From an uncultured Clostridia bacterium (GTDB lineage Bacteria > Bacillota > Clostridia > Oscillospirales > QAKW01): a DNA stretch of 64,000 bases. The notes beneath the pieces were generated by a model. It saw nothing but the letters and a program-made list of their open reading frames with translations, did not search any database and had not been told where the DNA came from. Shown piece by piece: positions 18,017-28,371 of the stretch. The stretch is taken from contig CANQVN010000001.1 of the NCBI GenBank assembly GCA_947627315.1, positions 1,656 through 65,655 on the forward strand, given 5' to 3'. A program made the position numbers and the translations under genes. Each line of letters opens with the position of its first letter. The first letter of the stretch is position 1.

Positions 18017-21000
18017 ATGAAAAAGAGAATACTTGCCCTGCTGACGGCAGTCGTTTTACTGCTGTCTTTGACGGTCGCGCCCGTTTCGGCTGTACCCGCG
18101 GGAGATATTCCGAAAGAAATGCTGAACAATATGTTTCTTGACGCCCTGGCATATACGGGATACGGCGTTCAGAAAATGAAAGACGACGGCAGCATATTTA
18201 TCAAGTATGCCTACATGGTGGACAGCGGCGTATTGTCCGGTATTTCATACGATACGTCCTGCACCGGTCTTGAAACTGATTCGTCCGGTATGCCGGACAT
18301 TGCCAAGTTTCGGTCGAGCGGACTATGCTGCGCAAGTTATATCAGTTACGTCTATCTCAATTATTTGCCGCACGTTAAAAAGATCGACGTTTCCGGCTTT
18401 GCACACCCGGACAACTATGTATACGCTCCAAGTTGGCGCGAGGCGGCGGAAAAGTGGATAGCGGCGGGAAAAGCAAGAAAGATAAACTTTACCCAAAGCT
18501 CAAACGGTTCAAACTTTTCACCGTCAGAGTCGATTCCTATCGGGTCTCTGCTGTTTTTCAAAAACCAGGGTTCGGACAGTTCCACCACCTCCCACGTCGC
18601 CATTTATGCCGGAAAGTACGGCGGTCAGCACTTTATCACGCACGTGGGCAACGACCGCGGACCGGAGATTTCATCGGTCGACGGCATGACAAAAGGCGGT
18701 CGGGTGGAGATCGTAAATCTTATCATTACCCCACCTGATGATTTACAGGCGGACGGCGCCATTGAGGTAAACAAAAAAGATACAAACGGTAAAAATCTGA
18801 GCGGCGCCGTATTTACCGCAACCAACAGCAAGAGCGGGATGCAGTATAAGATCGGACCGACAAACAGCGCGGGATATGCAAAAACGGATGGCATTCCCTA
18901 CGGCGACTATCTCGTGAAAGAAACGGTATTCCCGAAAAACCACCGCGCTTACGGCCAGACGGAATGGAATGTGACGGTGGACAACAAAAATGACGGGGTT
19001 GTAACGGTCAACGCAGTCAATGAGGAAATCCCGGGCTCCTGCAAAATCGTTAAGACTTCCGAGGACGGCAAAGTGGACGGGATTAGTTTCAATATCAGCG
19101 GGAATGGTATCAACAAAACCGTACAAACCAAGAACGGCGGTCAGATTCAGATCGACAACTTGAAGCCCGGCACCTACACCGTAACCGAGCAGGCGTATGA
19201 CAAGTATAATCCGCAGGAGAGCCGGACGGTGACGGTGGTTTCCGGCAAAGTTGCAACCGTCACTTTCAGCAATACTCTGAAACGCGGCAGCGTTATCGTC
19301 ACCAAAAACGCGGAAGACGGACTGATCGATGGCAAACGGTTTCACCTTTACGGAACATCGCTTTCGGGGCTTGCGGTGGATGAATATGCCATATCGGGCG
19401 TGGACGGAAAGGCGTATTTTAACGATGTGCTTATAGGCAGCGGCTACACGCTTGAAGAAGTCGATACCGAGGAAAAATACATTATACCGGACAGCCAAAC
19501 CGTTACAGTGGAATGGGAAAAAGCAACACGGACGGAGTTTGACAACATTCTGAAACGAGGAGATCTGACGGTCACAAAGACCGCGGAGGACAGTCTGACG
19601 GAGGGACTGCGTTTTCATCTGACGGGCATTTCGCTCAGCGGAATCCCGGTAGACGAATATGCGACCGTTGAAAGCGACGGCAAGGCGTATTTCAGGAATA
19701 TCCTTATCGGCGCAAATTATACTTTGTCCGAAGCGCAAACGCCCGTTCGCTATGTTGTTCCGCCCGATCAGATCGCCGCCGTCGAATGGGGCAAAGTGAC
19801 TGAAAAATCCTTTGACAACCGCCTGAAAAAGTGGAATCTGACCTTGCGAAAATATGACGGCGAAACAAACGACGTGCCGCAGGGCGACGGATCGCTTGCG
19901 GGCGCGGTATACGGCATTTATGACGGTGATGAACTGATCGACCGTTATACTACCGACGCGACGGGCGGTTTTACCACCAAATACTATATTTGCGGGGATA
20001 ACTGGAGTTGCAGGGAGATCGGCGCAAGCGAAGGGTATCTTGTTAATACGGACGCCGTACATATCGGCGCACAGGCGGAAAATTATATAGTCGAATACAA
20101 CAGCCTAACGGCAGAGTCTCCCGAAACGATACGAAAGGGCAAGATCGCCATCATCAAGCACACAGACGACGGGGAAACCCAGATCGAAACGCCGGAAACG
20201 GGAGCGACCTTTGAGGTGTTCTTGAAATCCGCAGGCAGTTATGCAGCGGCGAAAGAAACCGAGCGTGACCGCCTCGTTTGTGACGAAAACGGATTTGCAG
20301 AAACGAAGGAATTGCCCTACGGCGTTTACACCGTTCATCAGGTGAGCGGCTGGGAAGGTCGTGAACTGCTTCCGGATTTTGATGTGTATATTGAAAAGGA
20401 CGGTCAGACCTACCGCTATCTCATCAACAATCGCAACTTTGAAAGCTATATCAAGATCGTCAAGACCGACGCGGAAACCGGCAAGACCATTCCCTATGCG
20501 GGAGCAGGATTCCAAATCTACGACCCAGAAGGAAATCTTGTTTCCATGAGCTACACCTATCCGCAGATCACGACCATTGATACCTTTTACACCAATGCCG
20601 AGGGCTTCCTGCTCACTCCCGAAAAGCTGCCCTATGGAAAAGGTTATTCCATTGTGGAGGTGCAGGCTCCGTATGGCTATGTGCTGAACAGCGACCCCGT
20701 GTATTTTGACATTACCGCCGATAATGCAACCGTGGAAAATGCCATAACCGTGGTATCGGTCAACCGTCCTGATATGCCGCAAAAAGGAAAAATTACAATT
20801 ACCAAGACCGGCGAGGTGTTCTCGTCTGTTGTGCAGTCGGGAGAGATTTACCAGCCCATCTACGAGGCAAAGGGACTCCCCGGCGCGGTGTATGAAATTC
20901 TCGCCGCCGAGGACATCTACACCCCGGACGGAACGCTCCGCTACTCCAAAGGTACGGTCGTGGATACCGTCACTACAGGCGAGTATGGAGTTGCCGTCAG

Positions 21001-23035
21001 CAAGGCGTTGTATCTCGGAAAATACGAAATTCGTGAAGTCAAAGCGCCTTATGGCATGGTACTGAACACCGAGGTGCGTACCGTGGAACTGACCTACGCC
21101 GGGCAGGAGATCGAGATCACCGAAACGACGACCGAGTTTTATAACGAACGCCAAAAGGTGCAGATCGATCTCTCCAAAGTTATGGAGCAAGATGAAACCT
21201 TCGGTATTGGAAATAACGGCGAAATCCTCTCTGTGCAGTTCGGTCTGTTCGCCGCCGAGGACATCGTTGCGGCAGACGGGACGACGATTCCGAAAGGCGC
21301 TCTGATTGAAACCGTGTTCTGTGACGAAAACGGTCATGCCGTCTTTACGACCGATCTTCCCGTGGGCGCAAAGCTGTATGTCAAGGAAATCGCCACGGAT
21401 AGCCATTATATCCTCTCCGATACGCAGTGCCCCGTGAATTTTGAGTATGCCGGACAGAAAGTAGCAACGGTTAATATCACCGTAAATAACGGCAATCCGA
21501 TAGAGAATGACATCCTCCGCGGAGATATTCTCGGCCATAAGACCGACCGTGAAACCGGGGAAAATATTGCAGGCGCAGTTTTCGGACTGTTTGCCTCCGA
21601 CACCACAGAATACACCGAGGACAACGCTATCCTAACTGCTATTACCGGCGAGGATGGCGTTTTTACTTTTGAGAACCTGCCCTATGGCAGTTATGTGATC
21701 GTGGAGCTTTCTCCTGCGGAGGGCTACCTGCCGAACAAGGAACCGCACCATGTTCATGTGACGACCGACGGCGAGGTGATTGGAATCTCGGTGGTGAACG
21801 ATAAAATCCCCGAAATCGGCACTACGGCAACGACAGAGGAAGAAAAGCAAACCCATCCCAACGAGCAGATCACCATCGAGGATGTGGTGGAGTACAAGCA
21901 CCTGATCCCCGGCAAGGAATATACGCTCAAGGGAACGCTCATGGACAAAGCCACGGGTGAACCGTTCCTTGTGGACGGTCAACCTGTAATGTCCGAAACC
22001 ACCTTCGTTCCCGAAGATTTCTCCGGCACGGTGACAGTAACCTTCGTATTCGACGGCAAGGGTATCACACAGAACACCGACCTCGTGGTATTTGAGAGTC
22101 TGTATAAGGACGGCATCGAGCTTGCCGTTCACGCCGACATCGAGGACGAGGGACAGACGGTGACGGTGCTTGTTCCCGAAATCGGCACGACCGCTACGGT
22201 AGACGGCGAAAAAGAGGTTAATGCCACCGAGGCCTTCACGCTGGAGGATGTGGTCGCCTATGAGTATCTCATTCCCGGCAAGGAGTATGTGCTGAAAGGC
22301 GTCCTGATGGACAAAGCCACCGGCGAGCCACTCCTCTTGAACGGGGAGGAAATCCACTCGGAGGTCACATTCGTCCCCGAAGCCGCAAGCGGAAACGTCA
22401 CGGTGACATTTGAATTTGACGCAAAATATATTAAAAGCGATACCGACATTGTCGTTTTCGAACGGCTGCATTATAACGACGTGGAGATCGCCGTCCACGA
22501 GGACATAAACGATACGGATCAAACGGTCAGTGTTTATGTCCCGAACATCGGCACAACGGCAGTCGTAAACGGGCAAAAAGAGGCGGTCGTCGACGGCTCT
22601 TTCACCGTTGAGGATATTGTGCATTATTCAAATCTTACACCCGGCAAAGAGTATTTGCTGAAGGGCGTTTTGATGAACAAAGCAGATAAAGAACCGTTTG
22701 CTGTAAACGAAACCGACATTACTGCGGAGCTTACGTTTATACCCGAAGCGTCAAGCGGAGATGTAACCGTCACCTTCACGGCGGACGGCGTTTCGATCAC
22801 GGAAGATACGGAACTTGTCGTATTTGAAAAACTGTACCGCGAGGATGTGGAGATTGCGGCACACTCCGACATAGACGATAACAAACAGACGGTAACGCTC
22901 CTTCCACCGCCCCCGCCGACGCCGCCCAAGACCGGTGATTTGTCAACCGTCCGCTTTTGGGCGTGGCTGGGACTATCGTCGCTCGGCGGGCTTACCGCGA
23001 CCGTTTTCTGCTATCGCAAAAAGAAAATCAAATGA
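18017..23035 (+). CDS. Giant sortase-anchored surface adhesin: NlpC/P60-like N-domain, many SpaA/Cna-B-type domains, three VaFE/ester-bond-type repeats, PPKTG sorting signal
   Basis: Signal peptide MKKRILALLTAVVLLLSLTVAPVSA. Motifs GLCCASY and HVAIYAG. Repeated GxxFxL/YxxxE domains. The C-terminus is PPKTG followed by a TM segment and KKKIK. Confidence 0.9.
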   Translation: MKKRILALLTAVVLLLSLTVAPVSAVPAGDIPKEMLNNMFLDALAYTGYGVQKMKDDGSIFIKYAYMVDSGVLSGISYDTSCTGLETDSSGMPDIAKFRSSGLCCASYISYVYLNYLPHVKKIDVSGFAHPDNYVYAPSWREAAEKWIAAGKARKINFTQSSNGSNFSPSESIPIGSLLFFKNQGSDSSTTSHVAIYAGKYGGQHFITHVGNDRGPEISSVDGMTKGGRVEIVNLIITPPDDLQADGAIEVNKKDTNGKNLSGAVFTATNSKSGMQYKIGPTNSAGYAKTDGIPYGDYLVKETVFPKNHRAYGQTEWNVTVDNKNDGVVTVNAVNEEIPGSCKIVKTSEDGKVDGISFNISGNGINKTVQTKNGGQIQIDNLKPGTYTVTEQAYDKYNPQESRTVTVVSGKVATVTFSNTLKRGSVIVTKNAEDGLIDGKRFHLYGTSLSGLAVDEYAISGVDGKAYFNDVLIGSGYTLEEVDTEEKYIIPDSQTVTVEWEKATRTEFDNILKRGDLTVTKTAEDSLTEGLRFHLTGISLSGIPVDEYATVESDGKAYFRNILIGANYTLSEAQTPVRYVVPPDQIAAVEWGKVTEKSFDNRLKKWNLTLRKYDGETNDVPQGDGSLAGAVYGIYDGDELIDRYTTDATGGFTTKYYICGDNWSCREIGASEGYLVNTDAVHIGAQAENYIVEYNSLTAESPETIRKGKIAIIKHTDDGETQIETPETGATFEVFLKSAGSYAAAKETERDRLVCDENGFAETKELPYGVYTVHQVSGWEGRELLPDFDVYIEKDGQTYRYLINNRNFESYIKIVKTDAETGKTIPYAGAGFQIYDPEGNLVSMSYTYPQITTIDTFYTNAEGFLLTPEKLPYGKGYSIVEVQAPYGYVLNSDPVYFDITADNATVENAITVVSVNRPDMPQKGKITITKTGEVFSSVVQSGEIYQPIYEAKGLPGAVYEILAAEDIYTPDGTLRYSKGTVVDTVTTGEYGVAVSKALYLGKYEIREVKAPYGMVLNTEVRTVELTYAGQEIEITETTTEFYNERQKVQIDLSKVMEQDETFGIGNNGEILSVQFGLFAAEDIVAADGTTIPKGALIETVFCDENGHAVFTTDLPVGAKLYVKEIATDSHYILSDTQCPVNFEYAGQKVATVNITVNNGNPIENDILRGDILGHKTDRETGENIAGAVFGLFASDTTEYTEDNAILTAITGEDGVFTFENLPYGSYVIVELSPAEGYLPNKEPHHVHVTTDGEVIGISVVNDKIPEIGTTATTEEEKQTHPNEQITIEDVVEYKHLIPGKEYTLKGTLMDKATGEPFLVDGQPVMSETTFVPEDFSGTVTVTFVFDGKGITQNTDLVVFESLYKDGIELAVHADIEDEGQTVTVLVPEIGTTATVDGEKEVNATEAFTLEDVVAYEYLIPGKEYVLKGVLMDKATGEPLLLNGEEIHSEVTFVPEAASGNVTVTFEFDAKYIKSDTDIVVFERLHYNDVEIAVHEDINDTDQTVSVYVPNIGTTAVVNGQKEAVVDGSFTVEDIVHYSNLTPGKEYLLKGVLMNKADKEPFAVNETDITAELTFIPEASSGDVTVTFTADGVSITEDTELVVFEKLYREDVEIAAHSDIDDNKQTVTLLPPPPPTPPKTGDLSTVRFWAWLGLSSLGGLTATVFCYRKKKIK
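21809..22906 (+). repeat. Three in-frame tandem 366-bp (122-aa) diverged repeats inside the adhesin gene
   Basis: Units start at 21809, 22175 and 22541 (P-E/N-IGTTA...QTVTV/SV). Confidence 0.85.
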
Positions 23036-23784
23036 AAACGGCGGTTAAGATCGGTCTGCGGCTGACGATCATTCTGTTTTCGGCAGTAACGCTCGTATCG
23101 GGTGGTATGGCAATAAAAGAACTTGTCGCTCGACAAAAAGAACAGGCGGATTTTGAAGATCTTGTCGAGCGGATAACGCCGCGTGAGCGGAACGAGCCGT
23201 CGTCGGAACCCGAGCCGACCGAAAAAACTCGCAATCTTGACGCGTTGTACCGAGAAAACAAGGACTTTTTCGGCTGGCTTTCGATACCTGGAACAGACCT
23301 TGATTATCCGATGATGCACACGCCGAGCGACCCGCAAAAATATTTGCGTAAAAACTTTTACGGACAATACAGCAGATCCGGCGTCCCGTTTTTGGACTAT
23401 CGCTGTATGCAAAACAGAGGGCATCTCATTATTTACGGGCATAATCTCGGGACCCGCACTATGTTCGGTGCTCTTACGCAATATACGGACGAGGACTATC
23501 TGAAAAGGCATCCAACCGTCGAACTGCAAACCAAAGCGGGTCTTACGCAATACGGGATATTTGCCGTGGCTTTCGTTAAAGACACCGACCGTTGGTATGA
23601 TTTTTTGAATGCCGCAGATAAGGACGAATATGCGCAAGCGATCGCGTATATCCGTAAAAAGTCTGTGACGGCAACGGATACGATACCGGAATACGGTCAG
23701 CGGATTTTAACGCTTTCCACCTGTTTCGGCTCCGAGGAGGACGGCAGACTGATCGTTGTCGCGGCAGAGCAATTTTACACTTGA
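23032..23784 (+). CDS. srtB: Class B sortase
   Basis: ATGA overlap with the adhesin stop. N-terminal TM, His in IIYGHNL and catalytic Cys in LTLSTC. Confidence 0.9.
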   Translation: MKTAVKIGLRLTIILFSAVTLVSGGMAIKELVARQKEQADFEDLVERITPRERNEPSSEPEPTEKTRNLDALYRENKDFFGWLSIPGTDLDYPMMHTPSDPQKYLRKNFYGQYSRSGVPFLDYRCMQNRGHLIIYGHNLGTRTMFGALTQYTDEDYLKRHPTVELQTKAGLTQYGIFAVAFVKDTDRWYDFLNAADKDEYAQAIAYIRKKSVTATDTIPEYGQRILTLSTCFGSEEDGRLIVVAAEQFYT

Positions 23785-23913
23785 TTTTCAGGGCGGATAT
23801 CTCATCGGATATCCGCCCGATTCATATCGGGAGATAGTGCCGAAAACCCAGCTGCCAAGGGATTTCGCGTCGACCTGACAGATAATGATATAGAGGGACA
23901 AGAAAGGAGAACG

Positions 23914-24240
23914 ATGTACTCTAAAGAAAAATGCTTATATTCCGTTTTGGTTTCGGTCTGCGGGAATTGGCGCAACGCAATTTATCTGCAATGCAGCCGC
24001 TGCGACCGGAAATGCGGAGGATTTCTGTTGTCGACAAACAGCGACGGCTCGCCCGTGTTGTTTCCGGTGTCCGACTTTGAAAAAATAACCGGTGAAAAAA
24101 TCGACCCGAACGAATGCGCCTGCGTTATGACACGAGAAACGTTTGAAAAGTTGTTTCATCGGTGGCTCATCTGGCACACGGCGGCTTTGGAGTCGTGCTG
24201 TATTACGGAAATTCTGAACAACCAAAATGAAGAAGTGTAA
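23914..24240 (+). CDS. Cys-rich hypothetical protein
   Basis: 108-aa ORF with SD AAAGGAG. No motif recognised. Confidence 0.6.
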   Translation: MYSKEKCLYSVLVSVCGNWRNAIYLQCSRCDRKCGGFLLSTNSDGSPVLFPVSDFEKITGEKIDPNECACVMTRETFEKLFHRWLIWHTAALESCCITEILNNQNEEV

Positions 24241-24258
24241 ATTTACGGAGGTGATTTT

Positions 24259-24654
24259 TTGAGAAAGAAAAAAGGCGTGTATTGTCCGTACTGCAAAGCC
24301 AAGGCTACCCTGCACCCACTCAGCTATGTATACGGCGAAAAAGCAAATCGAAGCGGCTACGTTTATGTCTGCGACCGCTATCCCAAGTGCGACGCCTACG
24401 TATGGGCGCATCCCAAAACTCTTTTGCCGATGGGAACGCTCGCAAACGGGGATCTTCGCAATAAGCGGATACAGGCACACCGAGCGTTTGATAGGCTGTG
24501 GAAAAGCGGGAGGATGAAAAAGTGGCAGGCGTACAAATGGATGCAGGGAAAACTTGATTTGAGCCCGGAGGAGGCGCATATCGGAAAATTCGGCGACTAT
24601 ATGTGCGACCGACTGATTATCGCCTGCAATCAGGCGCACTTTAATATGGCGTGA
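24259..24654 (+). CDS. Zinc-finger protein (DUF3268-like)
   Basis: TTG start after GGAGGTG. Contains CPYC...C..YPKC Cys pairs. Confidence 0.65.
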   Translation: MRKKKGVYCPYCKAKATLHPLSYVYGEKANRSGYVYVCDRYPKCDAYVWAHPKTLLPMGTLANGDLRNKRIQAHRAFDRLWKSGRMKKWQAYKWMQGKLDLSPEEAHIGKFGDYMCDRLIIACNQAHFNMA

Positions 24655-24667
24655 TCGAGGAAAAGCA

Positions 24668-25276
24668 ATGAAACAGACGTTTTACTTAAATGCCGAACAG
24701 AAGGCCTTGGTTGAGGAAAATCTCCAACTGGTGAAAAAGGCCGTTTTCAAATACATCAACAGTACCGGCAAATGCGGACTTGATTACGAGGATCTGTTCC
24801 AGGAAGGCTGCGTTTGGTTGTGCAAGGCGGCGGCGACTTTCAAGACCTGCTACAACGTAAAGTTTTCGACCTATGCCGATCACGTCGTTAAAAACGGGAT
24901 TTGTACCTATTGCCGTCTTGCTTATCAAAAGCAAAAAAGGATCAGTTACATACCGGACTATGACCAACTGAAATATGCCGATTTCCCCGTTGCCTTTACT
25001 GCCGCCGACCGTTTGGACGATTACGACGTTATTTGTCTTTTACATTCGTTAAAGCGGCAGTATTCCGGGGTCGCAAGGCTCGGCATCGAGGCGCTTGAAT
25101 GGAAGATAAAAGGCTTGTCGGGCACCCAAATCGCCGATATTTACGGTGTAAAGCCGAACGCGGTCGGAGCGTGGATCTCAAGAGCGGTGAAGAAATTGAA
25201 GCAAAACGCAGTATTTATATCATGGGTGGAGCAGCTGGGAAAACAGGATTTATTAAAGAAACGAGGTAAGATATGA
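24668..25276 (+). CDS. Sigma-70 family RNA polymerase sigma factor
   Basis: Region 2-like DYEDLFQEGCVWLCKAA...FSTYADHVVKN. Region 4 HTH GTQIADIYGVKPNAVGAWISRAVKKLK. Confidence 0.8.
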   Translation: MKQTFYLNAEQKALVEENLQLVKKAVFKYINSTGKCGLDYEDLFQEGCVWLCKAAATFKTCYNVKFSTYADHVVKNGICTYCRLAYQKQKRISYIPDYDQLKYADFPVAFTAADRLDDYDVICLLHSLKRQYSGVARLGIEALEWKIKGLSGTQIADIYGVKPNAVGAWISRAVKKLKQNAVFISWVEQLGKQDLLKKRGKI

Positions 25277-25962
25277 ACATACTTTACACTGCCGTAGGCA
25301 GATTACAGCTTGAAAAGGACAAAAAAGGATACAGACATCCTATCGTCACCCTTAACCGAAAGCAATATGTATTGGACGTGCAGGAGATGATTTTGTGGAC
25401 CGTTCTGAACTGGCGGATACTCTCGCCCGATGAACTGAAGGAACTGTACCGCCAAAAATCACTTGAAACGGGATTTTCCTCGGAAAGAGAAGTTGACGAA
25501 TGTATTTGCAAATTGCTTCAGCGCGGTCTTATCGCGTCTGGAAAAGGCGAAACCGCCGCAGACGCGCTGTACTGGCTGCTTTCCGAACTTTATATCATCC
25601 CCATATCCCAAAATATTATGCTGCGCATAGTTTCCTTCGTCAAACTGAGCATGTTCGGCGGCGTTCCGATATCCGTCACGAGAAAAATTTTGAAAAAAGA
25701 CAGGCGCAGCAAAGATGAATCCTATGTAATGCGCCTGGCAAGACATACGGTACTATCTACGGCGGAAATCATAAAATGCGCGGATCGGAATATAACGGAT
25801 ATCGCTTCGGAGGACGAAATGGTAGAGGCATTGTATCACGACGAGTACACGACAAGCGGCAATATTGCGCACACCGTTCGCCTTCTTCCAAAATGCCGTC
25901 CTGTTCTTGTTTCGGTCGCCAACCTGTATATGCGTAAGCAGATTATTTTTGAAAGGATGTAA
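25273..25962 (+). CDS. Hypothetical protein coupled to the sigma factor gene
   Basis: 229-aa ORF with ATGA overlap with the sigma gene. Confidence 0.7.
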   Translation: MNILYTAVGRLQLEKDKKGYRHPIVTLNRKQYVLDVQEMILWTVLNWRILSPDELKELYRQKSLETGFSSEREVDECICKLLQRGLIASGKGETAADALYWLLSELYIIPISQNIMLRIVSFVKLSMFGGVPISVTRKILKKDRRSKDESYVMRLARHTVLSTAEIIKCADRNITDIASEDEMVEALYHDEYTTSGNIAHTVRLLPKCRPVLVSVANLYMRKQIIFERM

Positions 25963-25965
25963 CCG

Positions 25966-26418
25966 ATGATTAAACGTAAAGAGGGGCCGCCGCCTATACA
26001 AAGGCGTATGCTTGTCACCGGCATCATCGGCGTTATGTGTCTGCTTATAGGGCTTGCCTTCTTTTTGCTGTTTCGGGATAGGATCATGCTGTTTTTAAGT
26101 CTTGTGCTCTGTGCGTTTTGTATCGGCAGGGCGTGGGAATATTACAGAATTATAGCGGGAAAACGATATGAAACGGTCGAAGGAGTATGCGTCGCCATAA
26201 CGCCCAAACCGCTGACAAGATACCGAAAAATCAAAATAACGGACGATGACGGCAGTGAATACGCCCTGCTGATCGATAAGCATTCAAAAATAAAAATCGG
26301 CGCAAGATATCGTTTCTATTTCAAAGAAACGCGGCGGCTTTCGTTTGGCAGCGAGTATCTTGACTCCGCCATATCCTACGACTGCTTTTTGGGCTATGAG
26401 GAGGTAGATTGCGCATAA
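25966..26418 (+). CDS. Two-TM membrane protein
   Basis: 150-aa ORF starting 4 nt after the previous stop. Confidence 0.65.
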   Translation: MIKRKEGPPPIQRRMLVTGIIGVMCLLIGLAFFLLFRDRIMLFLSLVLCAFCIGRAWEYYRIIAGKRYETVEGVCVAITPKPLTRYRKIKITDDDGSEYALLIDKHSKIKIGARYRFYFKETRRLSFGSEYLDSAISYDCFLGYEEVDCA

Positions 26419-26471
26419 ATTAAATTTATATTTTAATTTCGCATTATTTCTGCAAAAATCAAACATAAATA

Positions 26472-26500
26472 TTGACATTATGGATTTTAACGGATATAAT
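26472..26500 (+). promoter_or_regulatory. Consensus sigma-A promoter for the ATPase/RloB pair
   Basis: TTGACA, exactly 17 nt, then TATAAT. Confidence 0.6.
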
Positions 26501-26548
26501 ATAAGCAAAAGACGGAAATACTATGTTCATTACTGGAGGAGTCCGTTT

Positions 26549-27727
26549 ATGCTGATACAATTTTCTATTGAAAACCATCGTTCCATCAAAAATAACGCCG
26601 TGATCAGTTTCGCAGCGTCTAAGGATAAGTCTTTGGAAGCCTATCTGCTGCATCCAGACGAAAAGCGGGTTCTTCTTCCGGCTTTGGCTCTTTACGGCGC
26701 CAACGCCGCCGGGAAAAGCAATGTTCTTCACGCGCTTATGACCATGCGGAATATGATCGTCGGCGAATCCTCCAAGATATCCAAGGGGCAAAAACTGCCG
26801 TGGGAGCCTTTCGGAGATACCGCGTCCCCCACATCGTTCGAGATCGTATTTCTCTACCGCGGCGTCCGCTATACCTATGGATATTCCTTTGACGCCGAGA
26901 GAATTTATACCGAATATCTCTATCACTGGCCAAACGGTCGTGAGGCGCTGATCTTTTCAAGAGAAAACGGCAAGTACGAGTTTCGCGAGAACGTCAACGA
27001 GCAGATAACGCTGAGCAACCGCACCGCGGAAAACAAACTGTATCTTGTTTCTTCAAACGACTGGAATTTGCCGCAAACGGAAAACGCGTATAAGTGGTTT
27101 TTGGAAAAGCTGACTTTCCTGATGGCGGAGCCGCCCGCCTCGTCCAAAACCGTTGCGCAGATCGCGGACGGTGACGAAAAAAAGGCACGCATACTCAAGG
27201 AGTTGCTGTTGGCGGATCTCGGTATATCGGACGTGTCCGTTAAAAGCACTTCCGGAAAGGCGCCCGTTATTACCACGACGCACCGTATGATCCGCGAGGA
27301 CGGCAGTGTGGAGCACTTTTCACTTGTGATGGATCAGGAGTCCTCCGGTACGCAGCGGTTCTTTGCCCGCATCGGCGGATGGCTTCAGGCGCTTGAGGAC
27401 GGCGCGCTGTTGGTGGTGGATGAGATCGAAGACAGCCTGCACCCGCTTCTGACAAAGCGGCTGATCGAAATGGTACAGGATAACACTGTCAATACGAACG
27501 GCGCACAGCTGTTGTTTACAACACATGACGCCATGCTGCTCGATCTTACCTTTTTCCGCAGGGATCAAATATGGTTTGCCGAAAAGAATGAAAAAAGCTG
27601 CGCCACCGAGCTTTACTCATTGGCGTCTTTCTCCCCGCGAAAGGGCGAGAACATCCGCAAGGGATATCTTCAGGGACGCTTCGGCGCAATTCCATTTATC
27701 GGAGGTGACGCTTTGTGGCAGCAATGA
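26549..27727 (+). CDS. AAA15/AAA21-type (ABC/SMC-like) ATPase
   Basis: ATG 26549 follows GGAGGA. N-terminus MLIQFSIENHRSIK, Walker A GANAAGKSN, Walker B LLVVDEIEDSLHP, and FTTHD. Confidence 0.9.
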   Translation: MLIQFSIENHRSIKNNAVISFAASKDKSLEAYLLHPDEKRVLLPALALYGANAAGKSNVLHALMTMRNMIVGESSKISKGQKLPWEPFGDTASPTSFEIVFLYRGVRYTYGYSFDAERIYTEYLYHWPNGREALIFSRENGKYEFRENVNEQITLSNRTAENKLYLVSSNDWNLPQTENAYKWFLEKLTFLMAEPPASSKTVAQIADGDEKKARILKELLLADLGISDVSVKSTSGKAPVITTTHRMIREDGSVEHFSLVMDQESSGTQRFFARIGGWLQALEDGALLVVDEIEDSLHPLLTKRLIEMVQDNTVNTNGAQLLFTTHDAMLLDLTFFRRDQIWFAEKNEKSCATELYSLASFSPRKGENIRKGYLQGRFGAIPFIGGDALWQQ

Positions 27728-28347
27728 GAAAAGAGTACGACCCGGACAAAGCGAAACGGCGTAAGCGCAGGCCGATTCTTTATATCATCTGCGAGGGAAA
27801 GGAAACAGAAACAAAATATTTCCGGCATTTCCGTTCCCGAAACTGTTTGGTCGATATCGTCCCTATCTCCTCCAAGCACAAGGCGGCGGAGCATTTGGTA
27901 AAACACGCGAAAAGCCTGCTCTCACAGGCAGACTACTTCCCAAAAGACGGCGATCGGCTGTGGTGCGTCTTTGACTGCGATGAAAACACGAATGCGGAAC
28001 TGCAAAACGCACAGAATTATGCGGAAAAACACAGCTATAAAATCGCATATTCAAACCCCTGCTTTGAATATTGGTACCTGCTTCATTTTACACAACACAA
28101 CGGTCATTTAAGCGGTGCCGGCGAAGTGTTAAAACTGCTTCAAAGCAAGGGACGGCTTGAAAAGTACGAAAAAAGCCTTGATGTTTTTTCGGATCTGCTG
28201 CCACGTCAATCCGAGGCGATCCGACGCGCAAAAGAGCGTTTGGATCAACTTTGCAAAGAGAACGTCGCCGTTCTCAGCCGTGACAGCAATCCGGTCACGA
28301 ATGTTCATGAACTTGTGGAATTTTTGAACAGTCAACAAACAAAATGA
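27715..28347 (+). CDS. RloB-like (Toprim/OLD-related) protein
   Basis: Overlaps the ATPase stop. Motifs ILYIICEGKETETKYF, WCVFDCDE and YSNPCFEYWYLLHF. Confidence 0.85.
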   Translation: MAAMRKEYDPDKAKRRKRRPILYIICEGKETETKYFRHFRSRNCLVDIVPISSKHKAAEHLVKHAKSLLSQADYFPKDGDRLWCVFDCDENTNAELQNAQNYAEKHSYKIAYSNPCFEYWYLLHFTQHNGHLSGAGEVLKLLQSKGRLEKYEKSLDVFSDLLPRQSEAIRRAKERLDQLCKENVAVLSRDSNPVTNVHELVEFLNSQQTK

Positions 28348-28371
28348 TATCTATATATAGAATGTAAATGC

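Noticed and set aside
18743-22624. Very long minus-strand ORFs (439, 477 and 330 aa) antisense to the adhesin gene
   Set aside because: They lie entirely opposite a strongly supported plus-strand CDS with a signal peptide, domain repeats and a sorting signal. Their translations are low-complexity and Arg/Gly/His-rich with no motifs and no SDs, which is typical of shadow ORFs in GC-rich coding DNA.
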